Source: Stegostoma tigrinum
Lineage: Eukaryota
DNA: 64,000 nt
Assembly (NCBI RefSeq): GCF_030684315.1
Contig: NC_081391.1
Location: forward strand, 13,431,342-13,495,341
Direction: 5' to 3'
In this document: positions 1-11,900 of the stretch, piece by piece
How positions within the stretch are numbered: position 1 is the stretch's first letter
How the letters are laid out: the number at the start of each line of letters is the position of its first letter
Translations under genes and position numbers: made by a program
Notes under the pieces: generated by a model
What the model saw: the letters and a program-made list of their open reading frames with translations, nothing else
The model's database searches: none
Told to the model about the DNA's origin: nothing

Positions 1-75
1 AAGAGTGATTGGCCTTCACTGATGATCTCATTTCCTGCTTCATAAAATGAGTGTTGGCTCCTCGGGTATAAATAG
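1..75 (+). promoter_or_regulatory. Proximal promoter of copy A (partial)
   Basis: Inverted CCAAT (GATTGG, 7-12), ETS-like TTTCCTG (31-37), TATAAA (67-72). Same block as upstream of the other copies. Confidence 0.7.
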
Positions 76-160
76 AGTCCCAGGGCAGGGATGTTTATTG
101 TTGTTCTTAACTTTGTTATTTTTGTGGTGTGGAAACTAAAGCAAGCTTTTCCTTTATATG

Positions 161-3100
161 ATGGCATCCCAGATCATGCAGAACTATCACCAGGATTGTG
201 AAGATGCTGTCAACAAGCAGATTAATGTGGAGCTCACTGCCTCCTATCTCTATCAGTCTTTGGTGAGTGGTGTCTCTGTTGGGTGAAACATACTTCTGTT
301 CTGTTGAAGTGAACTCTTCCCCTTGGATGTAATTAAGTTGTCTATCTTATAGACTGAGTTTTGTGGCTCCTACCTCTTTCTCACTGCAGGATGAGTGTGA
401 TGTTACTATAACAATAGTTTGGTGTCTAATGTACTCTAACTTGGGTCCCAGTTGGTTGTCAGTGAGATGTGGAGGGTGGAGTGTTCTTGTAGTTACTTGC
501 CTGTCCCATGATGGTGCTGTGACTGGTGGTAATTATCGCTTCCTGTGACTTTGTTTGAAACTTGAGGGAACTAATTTAAAAACGAATTGGGACTCACCAT
601 TGTGGGAATGGAAGCACCATCGGCTAGTCACTGCTCTTCTTTTCCTCCTTGTATCCTTGCTTGTATTTGAATTTTGTGGTGATCCCAACTTAACATCTCA
701 AATAAACTTGATTTCCGATTGCAATCAGCTTAGAATAGGCTTGTTCTAGCCCTGCAGAGCTGGGCTGAGAAGTGGCAAATGGAGTTTAATGCAGACAAGT
801 GTGAGGTGATGCACTTTGGTAGGAGTAACCAGCAGGCAAAGCACGAGGCTAATGGTAAGATTCTTAGTAATGTCGATGAGGAGAGAGATCTCGGTGTCCA
901 CGTAAACAGGTCCTTGAAAGTTGCCATCCAGGTTGACAGGGCGGTTAAGAAGGCAGTGTTTTCTCTTTGATTAATAGAGGCATTGAGTTCTGGAACCAAG
1001 AGGTTATGGTGAAGCTGTACCAAACTCTGGTGTGGCTGCACTTGTAGTATTGTATACAGTTCTGGTCACTGCATTATAAGGATGTGGAAGCTTTGGCAAG
1101 AGTGCAGAGGAGGTTTACTAGGATGTTGCCTGGTATCGAGGGAAGCTCTTATGAGGAAAGACTGAGGGACTTGAGGCTGTCTTCATTGGTGAGAAGGTTG
1201 AGAGTTGACTTAATTGAAACATATAATATTCTGAGGGTTGGAAAGGGAAATCCTCTTTCTGCGGACGGTGAGCATGAGGGGGCATAGCTGTAAATTGAGG
1301 GATGATAGATATAGGACAGATGTCTGAGGTAGTTTCTTTACTCAGTAGTAAGGGAATGGAATGCTTTGCCTGTGACGGTAGTAGATTTGCCAACTTTAGG
1401 TACATTTAAGTCGTCATTGGACAAGCATATGGACGTACAGGGAATAGTCTAGGTTAGATGGGCTTGAGATCAGTATGACAAGTTGACACAACATCTAGGG
1501 CCTGTACTGTGCTGTTATGTTCTAGTTTCAGATTAAACTGGGTGAGGTTGTGACTGGTATCTGATCAAGCAGATCTCCATTTGAGATCTACTTTGCTTTT
1601 TTTCATACTCATGAGGTGGGTGTGGGCTGTCTGTATATCAGTGTTGGAGCTTTTCCAAGGCATGGCACTGCCGTGGGGCTGAGAATGTGCGGAGGGTACT
1701 GACCCAGTGAATATGGAAAAAATAGCTTATTCCTGTTGTATTTGGCCTGACTCTAAACTAACTAGCCCCTCTTTCCCCAGGTGGTTGGGTGCCTGTGCCC
1801 TTCCAAGGGGTAGAATGTGTTTAGAAGGTGTTAGAAGTAACCTTAGTGAGTGTTGCCGGGTGCTCTCTGGGCTTGTGCTTGTCAGCAGGAAGTCCTCTCA
1901 TGATGAGGATCAAGTCCCTGTCAGCCCCACTTTGGGAGGTGGCAACAGCTTTCATTGAGCCAGCAGTTCAGTTTTAATCGCTGACCCATGTTCCTAACAC
2001 AACTTGGAAGCATGTCCCAAGAGTAAAATCTCCACTATTCTACATCTTCTAACTGCCCATTTAAATGGGCAATGATAAATTGTGCTTGTGTTTGCATTTG
2101 ACAATTAAAGCAACTTTTTTCAGCAGGATTCCCAAGAATGTGTGTCTTAGTAGCTGCTTCCAATAGCAGACCTGGTAAACCTGAATACATTGAATTGTGA
2201 ACATCCTGGTTTAGAAATCTACAGGACTTTGCCTGTTGGATTAAGTCAACAGTAGCATTTCCAGGTTACTGTTTTAATAAGTGATGTTGTCTAGAGAGTA
2301 GGTGATCTGCAGGTCACTGTCATATTTGTCATGTGATCAGTTTGTTTTGTCAATCAGTGTTTCATGTGTAATGGTACAAGTTGCTAGCAGTCTCAGTACA
2401 GCTGTTTTAGATGCAGCAGTAAACTGTATCTAGAACAATCCAAAGACTGTCCCGAGGCAGGCTTTCCTTGGCAGATTCTTGGTGCCCATGTCCTTCATTC
2501 ATCCCTTCCCCCTCACCCCAGCCACCCCACTACTGCAGCCCTTGTCAAACTAATAGATACAGTGCATCCAATTGCATTGATCCTGACTAAGCAGAAAATG
2601 TGCTCCTTCCTAGCTGTTAGTTGCAGTGTCTGGGATCTGTTTTCTGGCCTTTGCCAAAGGAGCAATAGCGTGCCCTGCAGCTGTTCTATTGGTGCACATC
2701 CTGCATTCCAGCTTCTGGCATTTCTTGAAACCCTATTCAATCAGTAATTTATCCCATTTCTGGTGGAGGTTAATCAGTAAAAACATCAATTCACACTTGT
2801 TCTCACCCAATGCTGTGCCAGACCCACTGAGCAATTTGCCAGGAGTTTCAAACCAAAATAAAACACATGGTGTTTACAGCTTACCTGGAGGAAGCTGGGA
2901 TTGTTTTGATTTTTCCAATTCAACAGGAACTGCTCAAAACTGGGTTCTGAATTGTTAATGCATCAGGTACTTAACAGCTTATTGTCAGTCTGATTTTTAG
3001 AATGCTCAAGTAGCCCTGGAGCTCTGAACTAAAATTGGCCCGTGACTTGTTAATGGGCTTTACCTTGATCTCCCTTCCAGATGTCCTACTTTGACCGGGA

Positions 3101-5340
3101 TGATGTTGCCCTCCCCCATGTCTCCCGCTTCTTCAAACATCAGTCCAGGAGAAGCGGGAACATGCAGAGAAGCTGCTGAACTTCCAGAATCAGCGTGGAG
3201 GCCGGGTCCTCCTCCAGGATGTGAAGGTTGGAGTTGGGTGGGGTGGGGGTTGGGATGGTAATGGCTGCTCTTGTGGTGTGGTTTCAAGTCAGTGACAAGG
3301 TTTTCATTTGAGTCAAAACTTTGTTCGGCCTGTTTGATCTCCTTTTTGAAGCCAGTGTAGAAAGAAGCCCTTTGGCCCACCATGTCTTTGCTGACCCCAC
3401 AAACACTAAAGCACATTAATCCCATTTACCTTCCCTTGGTCCACAGGCCACTGTCCTGGCACTATATACTTGTCCAGCTGGACCTTAAACTGATCTGGAG
3501 TAGCTGACTCCACCACCATCCAACCCTTTATGTGGTTCATCTCATATTTCTAACCTCCCCCTCGGAGGAGGGTGAAGAGAACGTTTCCTCCAATCCCCTC
3601 TAACCTGCTTACTCCACAAACCTGGTTTCTCTCTGGTCTTGCTGTCTGCTATGGGGAAGACATTCCATCAACTGGCCACTCTCTATTCTTCAATAGTTAC
3701 ATCAGGTCACTCCCTCAGCCGTTCCTGCTCCACAGAAAATCCCAGCCTATCTAACCTCCAATCAATGGATCTTGGGCAACAGCCTGGGCAACCTCACCAG
3801 CTTCCCCCTGCAGTGCCATCCTGTCCTTGTGACTGGTGAGGCCCAAGAGGGAATCATGTGGTGACTAGAAGAACAAACTGTGACAAGACTGGCCCCCTTC
3901 CTGTTCCACCACACCCAACTAATAGAGGTTGCTTGCCCTCTGTCACTGTTACACCCTGTTGACCTTGTCTGAACTTTGAGGGATCTATGGTTTTGGGCCT
4001 TTCTTAACTGTTAGCAGCACAACACACTTTGCAAACACCTCGCTGTCCCTTGGATGAATTAAATAGCCGTGATGTTTCTGATCATCCTGCTCAGGCATGT
4101 ATGAAGCCACCAGCACAAGTGGTACTTGAACCTTGGCCTTGTCAGCCAGAGACAGGGGCACTACCACTGTACCATGACAGCATTTAGGATTCACTCGTGA
4201 ATATCCTCGCAATTCCATCAGATGGACCCTGATGCAAATCTTGTCATTATCCCCCACAATGACCTGTTATTCAACTTCCTCCTTCAGATCAAGGACCGAC
4301 AGGCAAGGTGAAAGCAATTCTGAAGGAACTGTTCTTCAGCTGTGCTCCAGGGCTGCCTCAGGGGCTAGCAGTGTTCTCAGTGCTAGGGACGCAGGTTTTG
4401 ATCTGGCCTCTGGTGAGGGACTGGTGTTGACATGTCCTCCCCATGTCTGCGTTGGTGTCCTCATAGTATAAGAGGATTGGCCATCTGAAATGCAGGGTTA
4501 CAGGAATAGAGGGGGAGTGGGATGAGCTGGGATGCATTTCAGAGCAGTTCTGCACTGATCGATGTTGTAGAGATTCTGAAGCTTCACTTTCCTTCTTTCC
4601 ATCCTCAGAAGCCAGAGAGGGATGAGTGGGGTAACAGCCTGCAGGCGATGCAGGTTGCCCTGGATCTGGAGAAGAATGTGAACCAGAGTTTGCTGGATCT
4701 TCACCAACTTGCCACAGCCCAGACTGACCCTCATGTAAGCTTCACCACTTCATTCTCTTCACTGCTGGTCACTCAGGGTAACACCTTCAATGGTTGGTCT
4801 TTTGTGGATTAGAAGTTGCCTGCTGTCTCAGACAAGTACCATTTGGATCTCTTCAGATCCGTACCAATGCTTATAATCTGATCAGCTCAGCAATCAAGTA
4901 AAATGGGAATTTGGATTATAATCTAGTAGGAGTGATGAAGTGATATTGGCCACTGAATGCTCATCCAGGATTATTGCAGTGGAATGATCACTATCCATCA
5001 TAATCCAACACAGCATCACTTAACAAACTGCAAGAGCAGTTGAAATACATGGTCCTCACTGGCATAGTCTCCAGGTGTTAGGTTTTCAGGGTAGTCTAGA
5101 GCTCATATGGCTGAGTGTTTTGCAGTAGGAAATCTGAGGTTGTCTTGGATAGCATTAATGCTGCAAGTTGTCATATTCTTGCAGCTGTGTGACTTCCTGG
5201 AGACTCACTATTTGGATGAGGAGGTGGAGATCATCAAGCAACTTGGGGACTACATCACCAACCTGAAGCGCCTGGGAGCCCCTGAGAATGGGATGGGAGA
5301 GTACCTGTTTGACAGGCTCTCCCTGGAGGACAGCAGTTAG
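161..5340 (+). pseudogene. Ferritin copy A (M/L-like subunit), frameshifted in exon 2
   Basis: Exons 161-262, 3081-3226, 4609-4734, 5185-5340 with GT..AG introns at canonical vertebrate ferritin positions. Exon 2 is 146 nt instead of 147: CAGTCCAGG at 3141-3149 versus CAGTCCCAGG in other copies, giving an early TGA. This single C loss in a homopolymer could be a sequencing error. AATAAA at 5469-5474. Confidence 0.8.
752..1524 (+). mobile_element. 5'-truncated CR1 LINE in intron 1 of copy A
   Basis: ORF2 C-terminal peptides [17 protein letters not shown] and RVQRRFTRMLPG, followed by a CR1 3' UTR ending GTTCTA. Confidence 0.9.
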
Positions 5341-7034
5341 TGTGGCCTGGAGTACTGTCTGCTTGGTCTGAATGCATTCCCCACTTCACCCTGGGCAATC
5401 TGTCTCCTTCCAGGGGGAAGGAATTTTGTAGCAAAGAATGTAATGGCTGTACCAGCTGAATGGAAATGAATAAAATGATATATTGATATTGGTTTTTGTC
5501 CATCATTTTGAGACCATTGATACCTTTCTTTGGTCAATCAAGCTTTCCTACTGAAGTTCACCCCCCCCCCCGCCCCCCCCCCCCCACACTGTGGACAGAC
5601 TCTAGGCCTATGGGAGCCAGTTCAGGTTCAAATCGGGGCCTGTGACCTACCCTTGCAATAGCCATTGACAGTTGGCCCCACTGACCAGTTCGCATTTAGT
5701 TTTGTCAGTTGTCTGCTGCTCCTCCCAGGGCACCTTGGGGTTTTCTAAATAACTGTCTTGGTTTAACTGCATTGATCTCTTTTCCCAGAAGCAATCCAAA
5801 ATTTGTCTTCCAAGTGGCTTCATCAGTTTTTTTGCTGTCTTTCCTTCACCCATGGGCTCAGCAACTTTCTCTTCTCCACCCCACCCTGCCTGCCCCCACT
5901 GGAAATAACTGGAAGTCTGCCAGCCCTGAGCTGGGGAAATTCGGCCCAAACTTTCACAACAGTCACATTCCAGGGAATTGGCTCCAGATTCTCTGGGGCT
6001 ACCTGATTGATAGTGGATGGTCTTGATCCCATAAAGACAAGGATTGGTGACCTGGGGCTTGGATGATAGCCCACGGTTTAAAAATACTCCCATTTGGTTT
6101 ATGCTTGCAGCTACAACTGGCTTCTTACTGTCGAAGGGTTTGTATGAAAAGCTGCTGCCTTGGTTCTTGGAACCTTTCCATGGGCTGAAGGCTCTTTTTC
6201 TTTTGACACGCTTCAATTTGAACGAGTGAGGGAGCAGGGATTTCTGGGGAAGGTTGGGACTGTCTCCTTCAGACAAGATGCCTGGACATGCTGACATTCC
6301 TATACAGCTGTTTCCTTGATCATTCAAGGTGTCAGATCATGGCTGAGGGAGGGGGGTGAACAGAGACAGCCCAGAGTTTGTCTTGAGTTTTGTCGAAGTG
6401 CACACTACAGCCTTAGGAAGAGTGTGGGTCATTAAGGTACTGAATATATTTGTTCCATCACAATAATCCTTTTTATTTTGCCCAGTCTCAATCCTTGGTG
6501 ATAGAATCCCTACTCTCCTGGAAGAGGCCGTTTGACCCACGTAGTATCAACCTTCTGCCCAACATCCTGCTCAGTCACACCACAGTCCTTTGACCCTGTG
6601 TTTCCCCTGGCCCCTCTCCCCTCAAACCTGTGCCCTCTAGTTTTGGACTTCCCTACCCTGTCGCAGCATGCTTTTTATATACAGTCATTCTTGAGTGTGC
6701 CAATGGCAAGGCTACATCTAGTGCTCAGCAGCTGGTTATTACAGACCGTCTGGTGTAGGAGACTCTGGAATGATGCTGCTGAGGAGGGGCTTCTGGGATT
6801 TTCATTCACAGAAAACCCTGAGGCCTACTGTGTATACGAGTCACTCAGCACATTTAGCATCTTGCTTTTCAAACTGGGATTCATGAGACCCTAAGTCCCA
6901 GGGATCACAGCAGATTCAGAACAGATCTAAAGGACATCGGTTGCCTGTATTAGACGATCCAAAAGCATACTATTCTGTTGCTGCGCAGAAATAGGAAAAT
7001 GTTCATATCAACCAAATCTGGGCATTTTAGAAAG

Positions 7035-8509
7035 ATGAGATTAGCCAATGTTGTTTCCCCTGTTCAGAGGATCGCAAATGTGGTTCCCCTGTTCAAGAAG
7101 GGGAGTAGAGACATCCCTGGTAATTGTAGACCAGTGAGCCTTACCTCAGTTGTTGCTAAAGTGTTGGAAAAGGTTATAAGGGATAGGATTTATAATCATC
7201 TAGAAAAGAATAAATTGATTTGGGATAGTCAGCACGGTTTTATGAGGGGAAAGTCATGCTCATGCCTCACAAACCTTATTGAGTTATTTCAGAAGGTGAC
7301 TAAACAGGTAGATGAGTAAACTGGTTGATGTGGTGTATATGGATTTGAGCAAGGCATTCGCTGAGCTTCTAAGGTTCCCCACAAGAGGCTATTGTACAAA
7401 ATGTGGAGGAATGGGATTGTGGAAGATATAGCAGTTTGGATCAGAAATTGGCTTGCTGAAAGAAGACAGAGGGCGGTAGTCGATGGGAAATGTTCATCCT
7501 GGAGACCAGTTACTAGTGGTGTACTGCAAGGGTCGGTGTTGGGTCCACTGCTGTTTCTCATTTTTAATAGGTGACCTGGATGAGGGCGTAGAAGGATGGG
7601 TTAGTAAATTTGCAGACAACACGAAGGTCGGTGGAGTTGTGGATAGTGACGAAGGATGCTGTAGGTCGCAGAGAGACATAGATAAGCTGCGGAGCTGGGC
7701 TGAGAGGTGGCAAATGGAGTTTAATGCAGACGAGTGTGAGGTGATGCACTTTGGTAGGAGTAACCGGAAGGCAAAGTACAGGGCTAATGGTAAGATTCTT
7801 GGTAGTTTAGATGAGCAGAGAGATGTCGGTGTCCATGTACACATATCCTTGAAAGTTGCCACCCAGGTTGACAGGGCGGTTAAGAAGGCATACAATGTTT
7901 TAGCTTTTATTAATAGAGGGATCGAGATCCGGAACCAAGAGGTTATGGCGAAGCTGTACAAAACTCTGGTGCGGCCGCAATTGGAGTATTGTGTACAGTT
8001 CTGGTCACCCCATTATAAGAAGGATGTAGAAGCTTTGGAAAGGGTGCAGAGGAGATTTACTAGGATGTTGCCTGGTATGGTGGGAAGGTCTTAGGAGGAA
8101 ATGCTGAGGGACTTGAGGCTGTTTTCATTAGAGGGAAGAAGTTTGCGAGGTGACTTAATTGAAACATATAAAATAATCAGAGGGTTAGATAGCGTGGATA
8201 GGGAGAGCCTTTTTCCTGGGATGGTGACAGCGAGCACGAGGGGGCATAGCTTCAAATGGACGGGTGAAAGATATAGGACAGATGTCAGAGTTTCTTTACT
8301 TGGAGAGCAGTGAGGGAATGGAACGCTTTGCCTGCAACGGTAGGAGATTCACCAACTTGAGGTACATTTAAGTCGTCATTGGACAAGCATATGGACGTAC
8401 ATGGAATAGTGTAGGTTAGATGGGCTTCATATCGGTATGACAGGTCGGCACAACATCGAGGGCCGAAGTGCCTGTGCTGTGCTGTAATCTTCTATGTTCT
8501 ATGTTCTAT
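7035..8509 (+). mobile_element. 5'-truncated CR1 LINE upstream of copy B
   Basis: RT motifs [51 protein letters not shown], with frameshifts and a (TTCTATG)3 tail. Confidence 0.95.
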
Positions 8510-8679
8510 GGCTCCAACAGCAACGTTCAAAAGTTATGACGAATAATCCCTCAGATTAACAATCCGACAGAATTCTGCAAATCTGTGATGACTGTGTCTT
8601 CACGCACAACCTCAGATAGAAAAGCGAAGGTTTAGAGTATATTTTATTGTCATTTTGTGGCAAATACATTTACAGAATG

Positions 8680-8885
8680 TGCACTTGTAGAGGAGGTCAA
8701 AGATCATTCAGCAATTCCATCATCGACCAGTTGTCAACCGTGATTCGTTTCTGGATCCAGTTCCCATCCTGCACTGATTGGACGTGGCAACTGATCAATT
8801 GATTAACAAGAGTGATTGGCCATCACTGATGATGTCATTTCCTGCTTCATAAAAAGAGGGTCTGCCCCTGGGGTATAAATAGAGT
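8680..8885 (+). promoter_or_regulatory. Conserved promoter block, copy B
   Basis: DR1 variant AGGTCAaAGATCA 8694-8706, two ATTGG boxes, ATCAATTGAT palindrome, ATGATGTCAT-TTCCTG, TATAAA 8874-8879. Confidence 0.72.
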
Positions 8886-8966
8886 CCCACGGGAATGATG
8901 TTGATTGTTCTTCCTAATTTTGTTATTTTGGTGGTGAGGAAAATAAAAGAAATTTATTGTCACAAG

Positions 8967-11900
8967 ATGGCCTCCCAGATCAGTCAGAACTATCACCAGG
9001 ATTGTGAAGCTGCTGTCAACAAGCAGATTAATGTGGAGCTCACTGCCTCCTATCTCTATCAGTCTTTGGTGAGTGCTGTCTCTCGGGGTTAAACATATAA
9101 ATCTGTTCTGTTGAAGTAAATTCTTTGCCTGGCCTCTAGTGAAGCTGACAATCTAGTAGATTGAGGTTTTGTGGCTCCTACCTAAATATCAGTTCAGGAT
9201 AGAGGTGGTGTTACTATCACGATGGTGTAGGATACTGATGTATGTTAACTCAGGTCCCAGTTGGCCTTCAGTGGTATCTGGAGGGTAAAAGCCTCTTGCT
9301 TTTTTTTTCTTTCTGACACAAGTTTCCTGACTTCATTTGCCTGATCTCTGTGGTGGTCCTAAACAAACATGCTGATTTTTTTTAACACTGACAATAACAA
9401 TAACTTCCCTGTTGCAGTGGCCCTTGTTAGTCTGAACAAACCTGAGGCTAGTCTGTGACTGGTATCTATTTTATGTGGATCTCCTTCATTGAGGCTGACT
9501 TGGCTTTACTTGTATTTATTCAAGAGGTGGGTGTGGCCTATCCCGTCCCTACTGAGAGTGGATCTGCCGTGTGTGAGAAATGTTGGATCCCCTCTCTGCC
9601 CCCTCTCCACCCCACACTGGGGCTGCAGGAATGTGCTGAGGCTATGAGCCCAGTGACATTGAAGAAATGGAGGTTGTTCCCATATCATTTAGCTTGACCT
9701 AAAACAAAATGTCCCCTCTATCCTGGTGGTGATGTGACTGTGCCCTTCCAAGGAGTAGAATGTGCTTGGAAGGTATGTGTTGAAGTAACCTTGGTGAGTG
9801 CTGCAGGGGACCTGGTAGCTAATGGACCCTGAAAGGAGGTGGTGAATGCAGTCCCCATGAAGTGGGCTGCCCTGTCCTGGATGATGTCTGCTTCTTGCAT
9901 GTTGTAGCTCCCCTTCTACAGACACACGGGGAATATTCATCTCTCTCTGGGCTTGTGCCTATTGGAAGGAAGTTGTCTTATAATGAGGACTAAGTCCCTA
10001 TAAGCCTCACTTGGGAGGTGGGACCGCTTTAATGGTGAGCCAGTTGTTGGGGTTTAATCACTGTGTCTCAACTCTATTGGCACATGCTTCCCAAGGATAA
10101 AATCCCGACTATCTTCTGCCACAACTTGTAACTACCCACTGAAACCACAGATATTTGCTTGCCTGACTGTGGTTTTTGGATTTGAGGATTAAAGTAACTT
10201 TACAGGAGTCCTTCCCCAGAATGTAATTCTTAGCTGATGCTTCCAATAGCGAGCATTAGCTCTTAAACCCTTACATCGAATTGTGAACATGACAGTTTAG
10301 ATATGAGTCACATAGGCTGAAAACCTACAGGATTTTTTGCCTGTTTGGGTAAAGTCAGGGCAAGTGTTTTTCCAGGTTACTGTTTTCACTAGTGACGTTA
10401 TCTACAGGCCACTAATAGTTGACATTTGATCATTTGTTTTGCAATTTGTTTCAGTCATGTGACTTGGTGCAAGTTTCTGACAGCCGGAGTTTGCACTATT
10501 TAGGCAGAGCAATAACCCACTGCTGCAACGATCCAAAGGCTGTTACTGGGCAGGCTTTCCTCGGCATTATCTTAGTGCCAAACTCCATACTGGAGACAGC
10601 ACACCTTTGTAGAGTTCATGTGTACACTTACATCCCAATCTCATTGATCCTGGGTTTGCAGAAAACATGCTCCCTACTAGTCGTTGACTACAGCAGGGTT
10701 TCAACATCTTTTTTCCAGTTTTCCCCAAAGGCAAAACATAGTGCCTTGCGTCTTGTAGTTGAGAACTGGAATGGGGAGTGAGCCAGTGATGTCTGATGTA
10801 ATTTTAACTTGATCTTCCAGATGTCCTACTTTGACCAGGACGATGTTGCCCTCGCCCATTTCTCCCGGTTCTTCAAAGATCAGTCCCAGGAGAAGCGGGA
10901 ACATGCAGAAAAGCTGCTGAAATTCCAGAATCAGCGTGGAGGCCGAGTCCTCCTCCAGGATGTGAAGGTTGGGGTTGGGTGGTGGGGGAAGTGCAGGGGG
11001 GAATGGCTGCTCTTGCGGTGTCATCTCCAGTGACAAGATTTTCAGATCCTGAGCGAGTGTGAGAAGTTCTTTTGCTTGGCTTCCCTGTTTGCTCTCCTCC
11101 ATCTCCAGTGTTTCAGCATTTATGCAAGCCCTCTGGTCCACCAGGCCTATGCTGACGCAGCAAAGACCGAACTGTACTCACCCTGTACTTGGTCCAGGCC
11201 CTACTATACCCTAGTGTTTAGCACTCGCCCAGCTAGTCCTTTAAACAGTGCTGCAGTAGCCGTTTCCAGCACTTTGTTCTTCCGTTCCCCAACACACCCA
11301 CCAAATTTCCTCCAATCCCCTCTATCCTGCTTCCTCAAACCTGTGCCCTCTGGTCTGAGTGTCTGCCATGGGGAAGACATTTTCCCCATCTACTGTCCAG
11401 ACTTCCTTGTCTTCCATCAAACAACCACCTCAGCCTCACCTGCTCAAAGGAAAACCCCCAGCCCATCCAATCTCTCTCCTCAATGGATTTTCTGTCTTGG
11501 CGAAACAACCTGGGGACCCTCACCAGCACCCCCTGCAGTAGCATCCTGTCCTTCTGACCAGTGAGGCCAACGATAGAATGCAGCAGAGACCGGAAGAACA
11601 ATTTTCATAAAATGTGTTCAAAGGACTTGTCCCTGTGCTGTTCCTCACAACCCTGCCCCAAACTAACATGTTACTTGGCCTATGTCCCCTTTCACACACA
11701 GTTTGCCTTGTGTGAGCATTGAGGGATCGATGATCCTGTGTTTATTGTAAGCACATTACTGCCCCCCACAATGAATTCAAGTCATGATGGTTCTGACCAT
11801 GCTGCTCGGGCATGTATGAGGCCACAAGCACAAGTGAGACTTGAACCTCAGCCTTGTCAACCGGAGCTTGGGACACTACCGCTACTTCCCCCACAGCCCT

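Noticed and set aside
5560-5585. Poly-C tract (also 47770-47786, 32240)
   Set aside because: A simple homopolymer of variable length between paralogues, with no evidence of function.
5647-6327. 226-aa minus-strand ORF
   Set aside because: No recognisable domain, and it is broken into different frames in the paralogous regions (31435-31967, 47830-48549), so it is a chance ORF in old repeat DNA.
8776-8790. ATTGGACGTGG as an ER-stress element
   Set aside because: It does not match ERSE (CCAAT-N9-CCACG) or ERSE-II (ATTGG-N-CCACG) in orientation or spacing, and it is mutated in copy D.
11076-11564. 162-aa intronic ORF repeated at 37121-37606
   Set aside because: Recurrence reflects recent duplication or conversion. 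It is truncated by deletion in copy G and overlaps decayed repeat sequence.
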